A DNA stretch of 64,000 bases from Actinomycetota bacterium (GCA_010024385.1 RGHD01000002.1:5567-69566), one strand, 5' to 3'. Shown: positions 19,906-29,231, numbered from the stretch's first letter. The notes: generated by a model from the letters alone, not told the origin. Made by a program: numbers and translations.

Positions 19906-20403
19906 ATGGTTCTTGTTCGCCCTGCAAAAACTAATGACGTGAAAGCAATTCGTTCACTTGTTGATTCATACGCAGCCCCTGGACAAATGCTCTCTAAGGA
20001 AACAGTTACTTTGTATGAAAGCGTTCAAGAATTTATCGTTGCTGAAGTAGATGGCGTTGTTGTTGGTTGCGGAGCACTTCATATTCTTTGGGAAGATCTT
20101 GCTGAAGTTCGCACCATGGCTGTTAAGAAAGAGCTCAATCGCCAAGGTATTGGTCATAAAATTTTGGAAGCAATCATTGCTCGCGCGCGTGAATTAGGAG
20201 TTGAAAGGATTTTCTGTCTAACTTTCCAAACTGAGTTCTTTGGGGCCCATGGCTTTGAGGTAATTGAAGGAACCCCGGTTAACCCAACGGTCTATGCCGA
20301 GCTTCTACGCTCCTATGACGCCGGTGTGGCAGAGTTCTTAGATCTTGAATCGGTCAAGCCAAATACCCTGGGCAACACCCGAATGCTCAAAAAACTGGCC
20401 TAG
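19906..20403 (+). CDS. GNAT acetyltransferase, short ArgA-like amino-acid N-acetyltransferase
   Basis: It has the acetyl-CoA site 'RQGIGHKILEAI'. Its length and sequence pattern resemble the single-domain mycobacterial N-acetylglutamate synthase (from memory). Confidence 0.65.
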   Translation: MVLVRPAKTNDVKAIRSLVDSYAAPGQMLSKETVTLYESVQEFIVAEVDGVVVGCGALHILWEDLAEVRTMAVKKELNRQGIGHKILEAIIARARELGVERIFCLTFQTEFFGAHGFEVIEGTPVNPTVYAELLRSYDAGVAEFLDLESVKPNTLGNTRMLKKLA

Positions 20404-20425
20404 ATATAGCCATTACCGGGCATAT

Positions 20426-20462
20426 AACACCTAGTTATTGGGTTATAGAACCATTAGGTGTT
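20426..20462. promoter_or_regulatory. 8-bp inverted repeat in the clpC leader (AACACCTA-N21-TAGGTGTT)
   Basis: I read this directly from the sequence: the arms are 20426-20433 and 20455-20462. It lies in the 126-nt gap before clpC. The statistical support is weak. Confidence 0.2.
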
Positions 20463-20529
20463 CACCGTGCGAGCGTGAGCCACTAGGTATTAGGCTAAAG
20501 ATAAGAGACACAGGAAGAGAGCCCCGCCC

Positions 20530-23031
20530 ATGTTTGAGCGCTTTACAGATCGAGCCCGCCGAGTCGTTGTGCTGGCCCAAGAAGAAGCTCGCATGCTCAA
20601 TCACAACTACATCGGCACAGAGCACATCTTGCTTGGACTCATTCATGAGGGTGAAGGCGTTGCCGCAAAAGGTCTTGAGTCATTAGGAATTTCACTTGAA
20701 GGCGTTCGCGCACAAGTAGAAGAAATTATTGGTCAAGGCCAGCAGGCACCAAGTGGACATATCCCATTCACACCTCGTGCAAAGAAAGTTCTAGAGCTTT
20801 CACTTCGTGAAGCTTTGCAACTTGGTCACAATTACATTGGTACAGAACATATTTTGCTGGGATTAATTCGCGAAGGTGAAGGCGTTGCCGCACAAGTTCT
20901 TGTAAAGCTTGGCGCAGACCTTAATCGTGTTCGCCAACAAGTTATTCAATTACTCTCTGGCTACCAAGGCAAAGAAGCTGTTACACAAGGTGGACCTGCA
21001 GAGGGCACACCATCAACATCATTAGTTCTTGATCAATTCGGTCGCAACCTCACACAAGCTGCCCGTGAAGGAAAGCTTGATCCAGTTATCGGTCGTGAAA
21101 ATGAGATTGAACGTGTAATGCAAGTTCTTTCACGTCGCACAAAAAATAACCCAGTTCTAATCGGGGAACCAGGTGTTGGTAAGACTGCAGTTGTTGAAGG
21201 TCTTGCACAAGCAATCTACAAGAACGATGTTCCTGAGACTTTGAAAGATAAGCAGCTCTACTCTCTTGATCTTGGCGCACTTGTTGCCGGTAGCCGCTAC
21301 CGCGGTGATTTCGAAGAGCGCTTGAAGAAAGTACTAAAAGAGATTAAAACTCGTGGAGACATCATTCTTTTTATCGATGAAATCCACACACTTGTAGGCG
21401 CTGGAGCTGCAGAAGGTGCAATTGATGCTGCCAGCATCTTGAAGCCAATGCTTGCTCGCGGTGAACTACAGACAATCGGTGCAACAACACTTGATGAGTA
21501 TCGCAAGCATGTTGAAAAGGATGCAGCCCTAGAGCGCCGCTTCCAACCAATTCAAGTAAAAGAGCCATCAGTTGCTCACACCATTGAAATCTTGAAGGGT
21601 CTTCGCGATCGCTACGAAACTCACCACCGCGTTTCAATTACAGATGGTGCACTAGCTGCGGCAGCAAACCTTGCTGATCGCTATGTTTCAGATCGCTTCT
21701 TGCCAGATAAGGCAATCGATTTAATCGATGAAGCAGGTTCACGTCTTCGCATTAAGCGTATGACTGCTCCAGCTGAACTACGTGAATTTGATGACAAAAT
21801 CGCAAGCGCACGTAAGGAAAAAGAGTCTGCTATCGATGGTCAAGATTTTGAATTAGCAGCATCACTTCGCGATAAGGAAAAAACCCTTATCACTGAAAAA
21901 CATGAAGCTGAAAAGAATTGGAAAGCGACTGACCTAGATAAGGTCACTGAAGTTGATGAAGAACTCATCGCTCAAGTGCTTTCAATCTCAACAGGTATTC
22001 CAGTCTTTAAACTTACAGAAGAAGAAACTGCACGACTTCTTCGTATGGAAGATGAACTACACAACCGTGTTATTGGACAAGACCAAGCTATTAAGGCGCT
22101 CTCACAAGCAATCCGCCGCACACGCGCAGGTCTAAAGGATCCACGTCGTCCAGGCGGATCATTCATCTTCGCTGGCCCTTCAGGCGTTGGTAAGACTGAA
22201 CTTTCTCGCACCCTTGCATCATTCTTATTTGGTGATCAAGATGCATTGATTCAACTTGATATGTCTGAATACTCAGAGCGTCACACCGCATCTCGTTTGT
22301 TCGGTGCACCTCCAGGATATGTTGGATATGACGAGGGTGGACAGTTAACTGAAAAGGTTCGCCGTCGCCCATTCTCTGTTGTTCTCTTCGATGAAATCGA
22401 AAAAGCACACCCAGATATCTTTAACTCACTTCTTCAAGTTCTTGAAGATGGCCGCTTAACAGATGCGCAAGGTCGCACCGTTGACTTCAAAAACACTGTC
22501 ATCATCATGACTACAAACCTTGGAACACGCGATATTTCAAAGAGCCTGGGCCTTGGTTTTGCTAATAGCGATGATGATCAAACAAACTATGAGCGCATGA
22601 AGGGCAAGGTGAGTGATGAACTTAAGTCTCACTTCCGTCCTGAGTTCCTCAACCGTATTGATGACGTCATCGTCTTCCACCAGTTGACCAAGGATCAGAT
22701 TATTCAAATCGTTGATTTGATGATCAAGAACCTTGATGATCGCCTGCAAGCAAAAGATATGGGAATTGAATTAACTCCTGCAGCTAAGGATCTCTTGGCC
22801 CAGCGCGGTTATGACCCACTTCTTGGTGCACGCCCACTTCGTCGCACAATTCAACGCGAGATTGAAGATGCCCTCTCAGAGCGCATCTTGTTCGGTGAAC
22901 TAAAGGCCGGCGAAATCATTGTTGTAGATGTTGAGGGCGTAGACGCAGAAGCAGTCTTCACATTTAAGGGTGCTACTAAGGCGCAAATGCCTGATTCACC
23001 TGAAGATCTTGCTGAAGCACCAACTGCTTAG
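20530..23031 (+). CDS. clpC: ATP-dependent Clp protease ATP-binding subunit ClpC
   Basis: It has two Clp_N repeats ([20 protein letters not shown], twice), AAA1 'GEPGVGKT', AAA2 'GPSGVGKT', and a middle coiled-coil domain. Confidence 0.97.
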   Translation: MFERFTDRARRVVVLAQEEARMLNHNYIGTEHILLGLIHEGEGVAAKGLESLGISLEGVRAQVEEIIGQGQQAPSGHIPFTPRAKKVLELSLREALQLGHNYIGTEHILLGLIREGEGVAAQVLVKLGADLNRVRQQVIQLLSGYQGKEAVTQGGPAEGTPSTSLVLDQFGRNLTQAAREGKLDPVIGRENEIERVMQVLSRRTKNNPVLIGEPGVGKTAVVEGLAQAIYKNDVPETLKDKQLYSLDLGALVAGSRYRGDFEERLKKVLKEIKTRGDIILFIDEIHTLVGAGAAEGAIDAASILKPMLARGELQTIGATTLDEYRKHVEKDAALERRFQPIQVKEPSVAHTIEILKGLRDRYETHHRVSITDGALAAAANLADRYVSDRFLPDKAIDLIDEAGSRLRIKRMTAPAELREFDDKIASARKEKESAIDGQDFELAASLRDKEKTLITEKHEAEKNWKATDLDKVTEVDEELIAQVLSISTGIPVFKLTEEETARLLRMEDELHNRVIGQDQAIKALSQAIRRTRAGLKDPRRPGGSFIFAGPSGVGKTELSRTLASFLFGDQDALIQLDMSEYSERHTASRLFGAPPGYVGYDEGGQLTEKVRRRPFSVVLFDEIEKAHPDIFNSLLQVLEDGRLTDAQGRTVDFKNTVIIMTTNLGTRDISKSLGLGFANSDDDQTNYERMKGKVSDELKSHFRPEFLNRIDDVIVFHQLTKDQIIQIVDLMIKNLDDRLQAKDMGIELTPAAKDLLAQRGYDPLLGARPLRRTIQREIEDALSERILFGELKAGEIIVVDVEGVDAEAVFTFKGATKAQMPDSPEDLAEAPTA

Positions 23032-23038
23032 TAGCTAA

Positions 23039-23560
23039 ATGACTAAGAGGCAAGAGTTCACGGTATTAAAAACCTATCCAGGCTTTGAACTCCGTGAATA
23101 TAAGCCCTGTGTAATTGCCGAAGTCAAAAGTTCTGCTAATTATTCCGATGCTGGAACCTCTGCTTTTGGTTCACTCTTTGGTTACATCTCTAAAGGCAAT
23201 AAAGCTCAGCAGGCAATAGCTATGACTGCCCCTGTGATTACTGCGAAAAGATTCGACAATCTCACTGAGGATGAATGGTTTGTTTCATTTGTGATGCCAG
23301 CAGGAAGCACACTTGCCGATATGCCTCTCCCAATTAATTCAAAGGTCTCCTTGCGCGAACTTGCTGCAGAGATATGTGTTGCTGCTTCATTTCGTGGCAA
23401 AGCAACTGCTGCCTTATCTGCGCAGAAAATCGCCGAACTTCGTGCTGCTGCCGAAAAGCAAAACATGGCACTTTCTACGGAGACTAGAGTTGCTCGCTTT
23501 GATCCACCCTTTAAACCTAGTTTCCTGCAGTACAACGAGATTGTTATTCCAACTATTTAA
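23039..23560 (+). CDS. SOUL/HEBP-family heme-binding protein
   Basis: It follows the family pattern: 'YPGFELREY', 'AIAMTAPV' and 'WFVSFVMP'. It starts 7 nt after the clpC stop. Confidence 0.65.
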   Translation: MTKRQEFTVLKTYPGFELREYKPCVIAEVKSSANYSDAGTSAFGSLFGYISKGNKAQQAIAMTAPVITAKRFDNLTEDEWFVSFVMPAGSTLADMPLPINSKVSLRELAAEICVAASFRGKATAALSAQKIAELRAAAEKQNMALSTETRVARFDPPFKPSFLQYNEIVIPTI

Positions 23561-24030
23561 GCGTTACCAGCAAAATTCTTTAATGAATCTCCACTAAGTC
23601 TAAACACTGTCCACTCATCCATCGCTACTGCGCCTATGGATTTATAGAGCTCAATTGATGGTTCGTTCCAATCTAGAACCCACCATTGGAATCTTTCATA
23701 GCCGCGTTCAACACAAATCTTTGCAAGTGTCTTTAGAAATCCCATTCCAAATCCTTTACCACGATGAGCAGGATCAACATAGAGATCTTCCAAATACAGA
23801 CCTGGTTTTCCTAGCCAAGTTGAATAGTTCAAGAACCAGATTGCAATACCGATAACTTGCCCATCTACTTCGGCAACATGGCAGTAAGCACTTGGCTTGT
23901 CACCAAAGATAGTTTCTTCAATTTGTTGCAACGTTGCCTTAGCCTCCAGTGGAGCTCTTTCATATTCAGCTAAATCCTTAATGAGCTGCAAAATGCGTGG
24001 AGCATCTTGCTTTACAGCAACGCGAATCAT
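23557..24030 (-). CDS. GNAT N-acetyltransferase (diamine/polyamine acetyltransferase-like)
   Basis: It contains 'YLEDLYVDPAHRGKGFGMGFL' (acetyl-CoA motif A) and has overall SSAT-like organisation. Confidence 0.75.
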   Translation of the reverse strand: MIRVAVKQDAPRILQLIKDLAEYERAPLEAKATLQQIEETIFGDKPSAYCHVAEVDGQVIGIAIWFLNYSTWLGKPGLYLEDLYVDPAHRGKGFGMGFLKTLAKICVERGYERFQWWVLDWNEPSIELYKSIGAVAMDEWTVFRLSGDSLKNFAGNA

Positions 24031-24878
24031 GCAGGCAGTCTATAGCGCTTGCGGGGGATGGCTTCTATAAGTAAATCTGCCTGCAGAGTCTTAAGCGCTT
24101 TCTCTACTTGTGACTCATCTGGCCAGAGTTTTTTGATTGCGTTCTCAGTTAATGATTCATTCTCACGCAGAGCTTGCACGATGGTGCCACGGCACTTTCT
24201 ATCGGTGCCATGCCAATCTTGTGATTTGCGCACTAGATTTGTTTTTGGATAACCATTTTTGCGCCACTTACATTGGCCAATTACTGGGCACTGCTCACAG
24301 ATTGGGTTTTTGGATGTGCACACCAGCGCACCAAGCTCCATCGTTGCAGCAGCCCATATGTGAGCATTCTTTGGCGGTTGCAGTGCAAGTCGCGAAGCTT
24401 TTTCTCTAGTTGTTGGTGCAGGTCTTGGATGTTCATTTCCATCAATGATGCGGGTTAACAACCGTCTGATGTTCACATCCATAACAAGAGTTTGTTTTTC
24501 AAAAGCAAAAGCGCCAATAGCAGCCGCGGTGTATTCACCGATGCCGGGAAGAGTTTGTAGGGTGGCAGAATCTTCTGGGACTTGGTTTTTGAAATCTTCG
24601 GAGATGATTTGTGCAGCTGCATGTAGTCGAAGAGCGCGACGGGGATAGCCAAGACGTCCCCACGCTGTAATTACTTCGGCCGGTGATGCTTTCGCTAAAT
24701 CTTTAGGAGTTGGCCAACGTTTCATCCATTCATCCCACTTAGGTAGAACTCGGTTAACTGGAGTTTGTTGCAACATGTATTCACTTACCATCACACCCCA
24801 AGGAGTGGTGTTTCGCCAAGGCAGATCGCGCTTGTTTTTCTTAAACCAGGAAACTATCGGTTTTTCTAACTGGTTCAT
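24027..24878 (-). CDS. mutY: A/G-specific adenine DNA glycosylase
   Basis: It has the HhH-GPD element 'LPGIGEYTAAAI' and the 4Fe-4S loop C-x6-C-x2-C-x5-C ('CTSKNPICEQCPVIGQC'). A C-terminal extension goes beyond Nth length. Confidence 0.8.
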   Translation of the reverse strand: MNQLEKPIVSWFKKNKRDLPWRNTTPWGVMVSEYMLQQTPVNRVLPKWDEWMKRWPTPKDLAKASPAEVITAWGRLGYPRRALRLHAAAQIISEDFKNQVPEDSATLQTLPGIGEYTAAAIGAFAFEKQTLVMDVNIRRLLTRIIDGNEHPRPAPTTREKASRLALQPPKNAHIWAAATMELGALVCTSKNPICEQCPVIGQCKWRKNGYPKTNLVRKSQDWHGTDRKCRGTIVQALRENESLTENAIKKLWPDESQVEKALKTLQADLLIEAIPRKRYRLPA

Positions 24879-26242
24879 TCGCCAGTGATTTTTACCCGTT
24901 TGAGTGCTTGATCAAGACGTGAAACTTCAACAATTTCCATACCCACAATCTTTGTCTCTGATCCAGTTGGAACGAGCGCGCGCTTGAAACCTAAACGAAA
25001 TGCTTCCTGCAGACGGCGATCAACACCGCTCACCTTACGAATTTCACCAGCCAAACCAACTTCACCGATTGCAACTAAATCAGAAGGTAGAGCTAAGCCT
25101 TTTGCAGCAGATGCCACGGCCAAGGCCAACGCTAAATCAGCGGCCGGTTCTGACATTTTCATCCCACCGACTGTTGCTGCATAAACATCGCGGCCACCCA
25201 CTCGAACACCAGCACGAAGTTCAAGAACTGCCAAAGTCATTGATGTACGAGCGGAATCAAGGCCAGAGACAACACGACGTGCATTACCAAAATCATTCTC
25301 ACGCCCCTGACTTACTAATGCTTGAATCTCTGCAAGTAATGGACGGCGACCTTCAAGAGTTACTGTTACACATGTACCAGGAACTGGTTCTGCATGGCGT
25401 GATGTGAAAAGCCCAGTCGGGTCAAGTACAGATTCAATCCCAGAATCACTTAAATCAAAACAACCCACTTCATCAGATGCGCCAAAACGGTTTTTGATTG
25501 CGCGGATTAGGCGAAGGCGTGAGTGACGCTCTCCTTCAAACTGCAAAACAACATCAACAATATGCTCAAGAAGCCTAGGACCTGCAATTGAGCCATCTTT
25601 AGTGACATGGCCAACTAGGAGCAAAGTGATGTCGCGATCTTTACAGATTCGGATGAGTGCTCCAGCAACTTCGCGTACTTGTGTCACACCACCAGGTGAA
25701 CCATCTGCTGTACTGCTACCAATAGTTTGTACAGAGTCAATAATGAGTAACTGTGGTTTCACGGCATCAATGTGAGCAATGACTGCGCCGAGATCTGTCT
25801 CAGATGCTAGAAAGAGTTGTGGATCAATTGCTTTAATACGCTCGGCGCGTAGGCGAACTTGTGATGCTGATTCTTCACCGCTTACAAAGAGCGCCGGAAT
25901 TCCTTTAGCTGCAGTTTGTGCAGCAACTGAGAGCAGTAGCGTTGATTTACCAACCCCAGGTTCACCAGCTAACAAGATTGCAGCACCTGGAACTAATCCA
26001 CCACCGAGTACGCGATCGAGCTCTGATACACCCGTAGGACGTGCATGTGCTGCAGATAGATCAACATCTCCAATAGGAGTTGCTTTACTTGTGACATTTC
26101 CAGGAACAAGTGAGAGTTTCTTCGGTGCAGCTAACTCTTCAACAGAGCCCCATGCTTGGCATTCACCGCAGCGGCCAACCCATTTTTGCGAGCTCCAACC
26201 GCATTCACTACAGCGGAATGGATCTTTCTCAACTTTGGCCAT
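24875..26242 (-). CDS. radA: DNA repair protein RadA/Sms
   Basis: It has the zinc finger 'CSECGWSSQKWVGRCGECQAWG', Walker A 'GEPGVGKST', 'KNRFG' and a Lon-like C-domain. Confidence 0.95.
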   Translation of the reverse strand: MAKVEKDPFRCSECGWSSQKWVGRCGECQAWGSVEELAAPKKLSLVPGNVTSKATPIGDVDLSAAHARPTGVSELDRVLGGGLVPGAAILLAGEPGVGKSTLLLSVAAQTAAKGIPALFVSGEESASQVRLRAERIKAIDPQLFLASETDLGAVIAHIDAVKPQLLIIDSVQTIGSSTADGSPGGVTQVREVAGALIRICKDRDITLLLVGHVTKDGSIAGPRLLEHIVDVVLQFEGERHSRLRLIRAIKNRFGASDEVGCFDLSDSGIESVLDPTGLFTSRHAEPVPGTCVTVTLEGRRPLLAEIQALVSQGRENDFGNARRVVSGLDSARTSMTLAVLELRAGVRVGGRDVYAATVGGMKMSEPAADLALALAVASAAKGLALPSDLVAIGEVGLAGEIRKVSGVDRRLQEAFRLGFKRALVPTGSETKIVGMEIVEVSRLDQALKRVKITGE

Positions 26243-26268
26243 GGGTAGAGCCTAGAACGAAGGACTGA

Positions 26269-27102
26269 CTATTTCTTCTGGGCAGCAAGTGTTGCTGGAT
26301 GTTGGATAACAAAGAGGGGAAGTGAACGGGACTGAGCATCCTTAATACCTGCAATACGGATATCACACAGGCGTGCCAGCTCAGCGTAAGCCTGCTCACC
26401 CATAAGTTTTTGGAGCTCATACTTATTGGAGATATACACCGGCTCGGTTCCTACGTGCGCATCAGGATTGCTTGTGCAGTACCAATCGAAATCTTCTCCA
26501 CCATCGCCCCAAGCAAGACGCTCGTATTCACCGATAACGGTAATTGAATATTCGCGCTCGCCAACTTGGCGAGTTTCATAACTACGACGCAATGGCAGCT
26601 GCCAACAAACATCTGGTTTGGTATCTACAAAGTGTTTCTTTTCTTTGATTGCTAAGTGGTGTAACACGCAACCGAAGGAACCATTGAAACCTTCTGCTTC
26701 ATAGCCTTTACGGTTTAAGAAAATACATCCATCTTCGACAAGACGAGTTTTTCGGTCGCCATCTTCATCTTTTTCAGAAATACGTAAAGCACCACCTGGC
26801 TTTTTAGGTCGAGCCTCTGAATAGAACTGCCACATATCTGGAGTTAAGTAAGCAGCAGCATTTTCAGTGCGCTTTTCATCATCTTCATCTGTATACATCG
26901 CACCTTCAGTGCAGCAACCACCAAATGGTTGGCTCTTAAATACTCCTTGACAACCATCGCCATAAATACAGGTCCAATATGAGGTCAACCAAGTGAGGTC
27001 GCACTTGAAGATTTCTTCTTCGTCATTGGGGTCGCTAAATTCAACCCAATCACGCGCAAACCCAGGTTTTATTTCAGACATAGTCGCAGAGCCTACAGGC
27101 AT
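26269..27102 (-). CDS. Conserved Cys-rich hypothetical protein
   Basis: This is a 277-aa acidic protein with clustered cysteines ('WTCIYGDGCQGV', 'FGGCCTEGA', 'EDGCIFLN', 'FGCVLHH'). ATG 27081 is an alternative start. I can assign no family with confidence. Confidence 0.55.
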   Translation of the reverse strand: MPVGSATMSEIKPGFARDWVEFSDPNDEEEIFKCDLTWLTSYWTCIYGDGCQGVFKSQPFGGCCTEGAMYTDEDDEKRTENAAAYLTPDMWQFYSEARPKKPGGALRISEKDEDGDRKTRLVEDGCIFLNRKGYEAEGFNGSFGCVLHHLAIKEKKHFVDTKPDVCWQLPLRRSYETRQVGEREYSITVIGEYERLAWGDGGEDFDWYCTSNPDAHVGTEPVYISNKYELQKLMGEQAYAELARLCDIRIAGIKDAQSRSLPLFVIQHPATLAAQKK

Positions 27103-27119
27103 AAAGGTAGGCTTGTTAC

Positions 27120-27914
27120 ATGAATCAAGTTGGAGTAATTGGGGCAGGAGTAATGGGTGAAGCCCTCATTGCTGCGCTGATTTCTTATGGGATAGCTCCA
27201 AGTTCCATTACTATCTCTGAAAAGCGCACTGACCGAGCTGATGAACTACGCACGCGCTATGGAATCAAGGTTGAAGATGTAGTAACTAATGTTGCAAAAG
27301 CTGATGCGCTCTTACTTGTTGTTAAGCCTCAAGATATGGCTACAGTCCTTGATGAAATCAAGGGATCAATCAATAAATCAGCGGTAGTCATCACATTTGC
27401 AGCAGGCAAGAAGATCTCATTCATTGAAAAGGGACTTGGAACAGGCAATCCCGTTGTTCGCGTAATGCCAAATACGCCAACTTTGGTTGGAGCTGGAATG
27501 GCTGCAATCTCACTTGGGACGGGGGTAAATGCGAAGCAATCAGAGTTTGTCTCAGGTTTTCTGGCTGCAACCGGCAAAGTGATTCAAGTCAGTGAAGATC
27601 TTCAAGATGCTGTCACTGCAACGAGTGGTTCAGGGCCTGCCTATTTCTTCAGATTTGTTGAAGCAATGGTTGAGGGAGCTAAAGCCCTTGGATTATCTGA
27701 TGCTGATGCAACAACTCTCACAGTTCAAACGATTGTTGGCGCAGCCAAATTGCTGGATGAATCAGGAAAGAGTGCAACAACCTTGCGTGAAAATGTCACA
27801 AGCCCAAATGGCACAACAGCAGCAGCTCTTGCTTCCTTTGAATCACATCAACTGGGAGATGTCGTTGCACAAGCTATGAAAGCCGCGCGCGATCGCTCGC
27901 AGGAATTAGCGTGA
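27120..27914 (+). CDS. proC: Pyrroline-5-carboxylate reductase
   Basis: It has the Rossmann motif 'VIGAGVMGEAL', plus 'RVMPNTP' and 'SPNGTTAAAL'. Confidence 0.9.
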   Translation: MNQVGVIGAGVMGEALIAALISYGIAPSSITISEKRTDRADELRTRYGIKVEDVVTNVAKADALLLVVKPQDMATVLDEIKGSINKSAVVITFAAGKKISFIEKGLGTGNPVVRVMPNTPTLVGAGMAAISLGTGVNAKQSEFVSGFLAATGKVIQVSEDLQDAVTATSGSGPAYFFRFVEAMVEGAKALGLSDADATTLTVQTIVGAAKLLDESGKSATTLRENVTSPNGTTAAALASFESHQLGDVVAQAMKAARDRSQELA

Positions 27915-29077
27915 AACGCTTACTTTCACTCGTTCTAATTTCTTCTCTCTTCTTCACACCTTTTGCACATGCAGCACCTAAAAAACCTCTTGTTAAGTCG
28001 CTGAAATTACTCACAACAATTGCATCCGTTGAAGAGTTTTCTGGAGTGGTTGCTTCAGGGCGAACCATCATTGTTTATGGCAATAAAGGTGATAAATCAT
28101 TTGCTAAAGCCCTGGACATAGCTGGAAAAGAGCTCTGGAATGTGGAGTTAGATAAAGCTTCACCATCTGTAGTAACCGCGGCGGCAGTTGGTAGCAATGG
28201 AGATATTTGGCTTGCAGGTTCGACTTCATTAGCACGAGCAACGCCTGCACCTTCTCCTACAGTGACTGCACTTAATCCAGATAAAATCCTTCCCGTTGCT
28301 GATATTTTTAGCGCTGACCTTGATGCTTATTCACTTTGGTCACTTAATCCAACTACTGCATCACTTACTCAATACACATTACAATTAAGTGCACCGATTT
28401 TGATTAATTCCATAGCGGTAGATAAAAATGGAATCACTGCCGTTGGAAGTTCAGGCACCATTATTAATTCAGATTTAGCAGGAAATATTATTAAGCCCAT
28501 TAAGGTGGGTACAGAAGCAACTGTTTTCGAGTCAGTTGTTAAGCATGCAGATGGATCCTTAACGGTAGTTGGATCAAGTGCTGAAATATTAGGTGGTAAA
28601 AAACTTGTCGGAAAAGTTGATGGAGTGATTATCAAGGTTTCGAAAGTGGGCAAGGTTGTTTCAGTTGTGCGAAGTAGTGCACCTAAAGCATCAAGAAACT
28701 GGTTGAGTGCAACTAATTCGCTTTTGCTGGGAGGGGAAGTAATTACTGGATCAAAGGTTGAAAGTGCAATCACTAAGTTTTCAAGTACCTATGCCCCATC
28801 GTGGACATATAGGTTTGCTTCATCAGGTAAGACACTAACTGCAGGATCAACACTTGCATTTTTTCAATCAAAAGGTGCGATTGCACAGCTAGCTAATTGG
28901 GCACCTAAGAGCGCGCAAGCCTTACTTCTAACCTTTGATGCCAAAGGTGTCATTACCGCCGCCCATAGTGCCCCAGCCGAGCAAAAAGAAGTATTAGGAC
29001 TCTATCTTTCCAAGGATTTGGGTCCTTTGTGTATCACTTCAAGCGCAGAGACCGTTTCGATTTTTACCCTCAACTAG
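27911..29077 (+). CDS. Secreted beta-rich repeat protein (SBBP/propeller-like), function unknown
   Basis: The GTG start overlaps the proC stop (GTGA). It has a signal peptide (..PFAHA|A). The motif x-G-(D/S/I)-h-x-h-x-G-S-(S/T) recurs: 'NGDIWLAGSTS', 'NGITAVGSSG', 'DGSLTVVGSSA'. Confidence 0.6.
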   Translation: MKRLLSLVLISSLFFTPFAHAAPKKPLVKSLKLLTTIASVEEFSGVVASGRTIIVYGNKGDKSFAKALDIAGKELWNVELDKASPSVVTAAAVGSNGDIWLAGSTSLARATPAPSPTVTALNPDKILPVADIFSADLDAYSLWSLNPTTASLTQYTLQLSAPILINSIAVDKNGITAVGSSGTIINSDLAGNIIKPIKVGTEATVFESVVKHADGSLTVVGSSAEILGGKKLVGKVDGVIIKVSKVGKVVSVVRSSAPKASRNWLSATNSLLLGGEVITGSKVESAITKFSSTYAPSWTYRFASSGKTLTAGSTLAFFQSKGAIAQLANWAPKSAQALLLTFDAKGVITAAHSAPAEQKEVLGLYLSKDLGPLCITSSAETVSIFTLN

Positions 29078-29129
29078 AGGTAACCTAACTCCCTCAGCAA
29101 TAACGATTCAAGAAATGAGAGCGTGACAT

Positions 29130-29228
29130 ATGGGTTCCGTAATTAAAAAGCGACGCAAGCGCATGGCGAAGAAGAAGCATAAGAAACTTCTCAAGAAGAC
29201 TCGCATTCAGCGCCGTAACGCTAAATAG
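29130..29228 (+). CDS. 30S ribosomal protein bS22 (32 aa, highly basic)
   Basis: Manual translation gives [32 protein letters not shown]. This is nearly identical in pattern to mycobacterial bS22 ([24 protein letters not shown]), and it sits downstream of proC as in Mycobacterium. The ORF track missed it because it is shorter than 60 aa. Confidence 0.8.
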   Translation: MGSVIKKRRKRMAKKKHKKLLKKTRIQRRNAK

Positions 29229-29231
29229 TAA

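Noticed and set aside
20438-20686. An 82-aa plus-strand ORF overlaps the clpC leader and 5' end.
   Set aside because: It is out of frame with the unambiguous clpC gene, its sequence is Cys/Arg-rich nonsense, and it has no SD.
20590-20900. A near-identical ~25-nt DNA repeat (g-a-r-ggtgaaggcgttgccgca) and a repeated protein segment ([20 protein letters not shown]) occur at the 5' end of clpC.
   Set aside because: This is the well-known internal duplication of the Clp_N domain. It is not a mobile or regulatory repeat.
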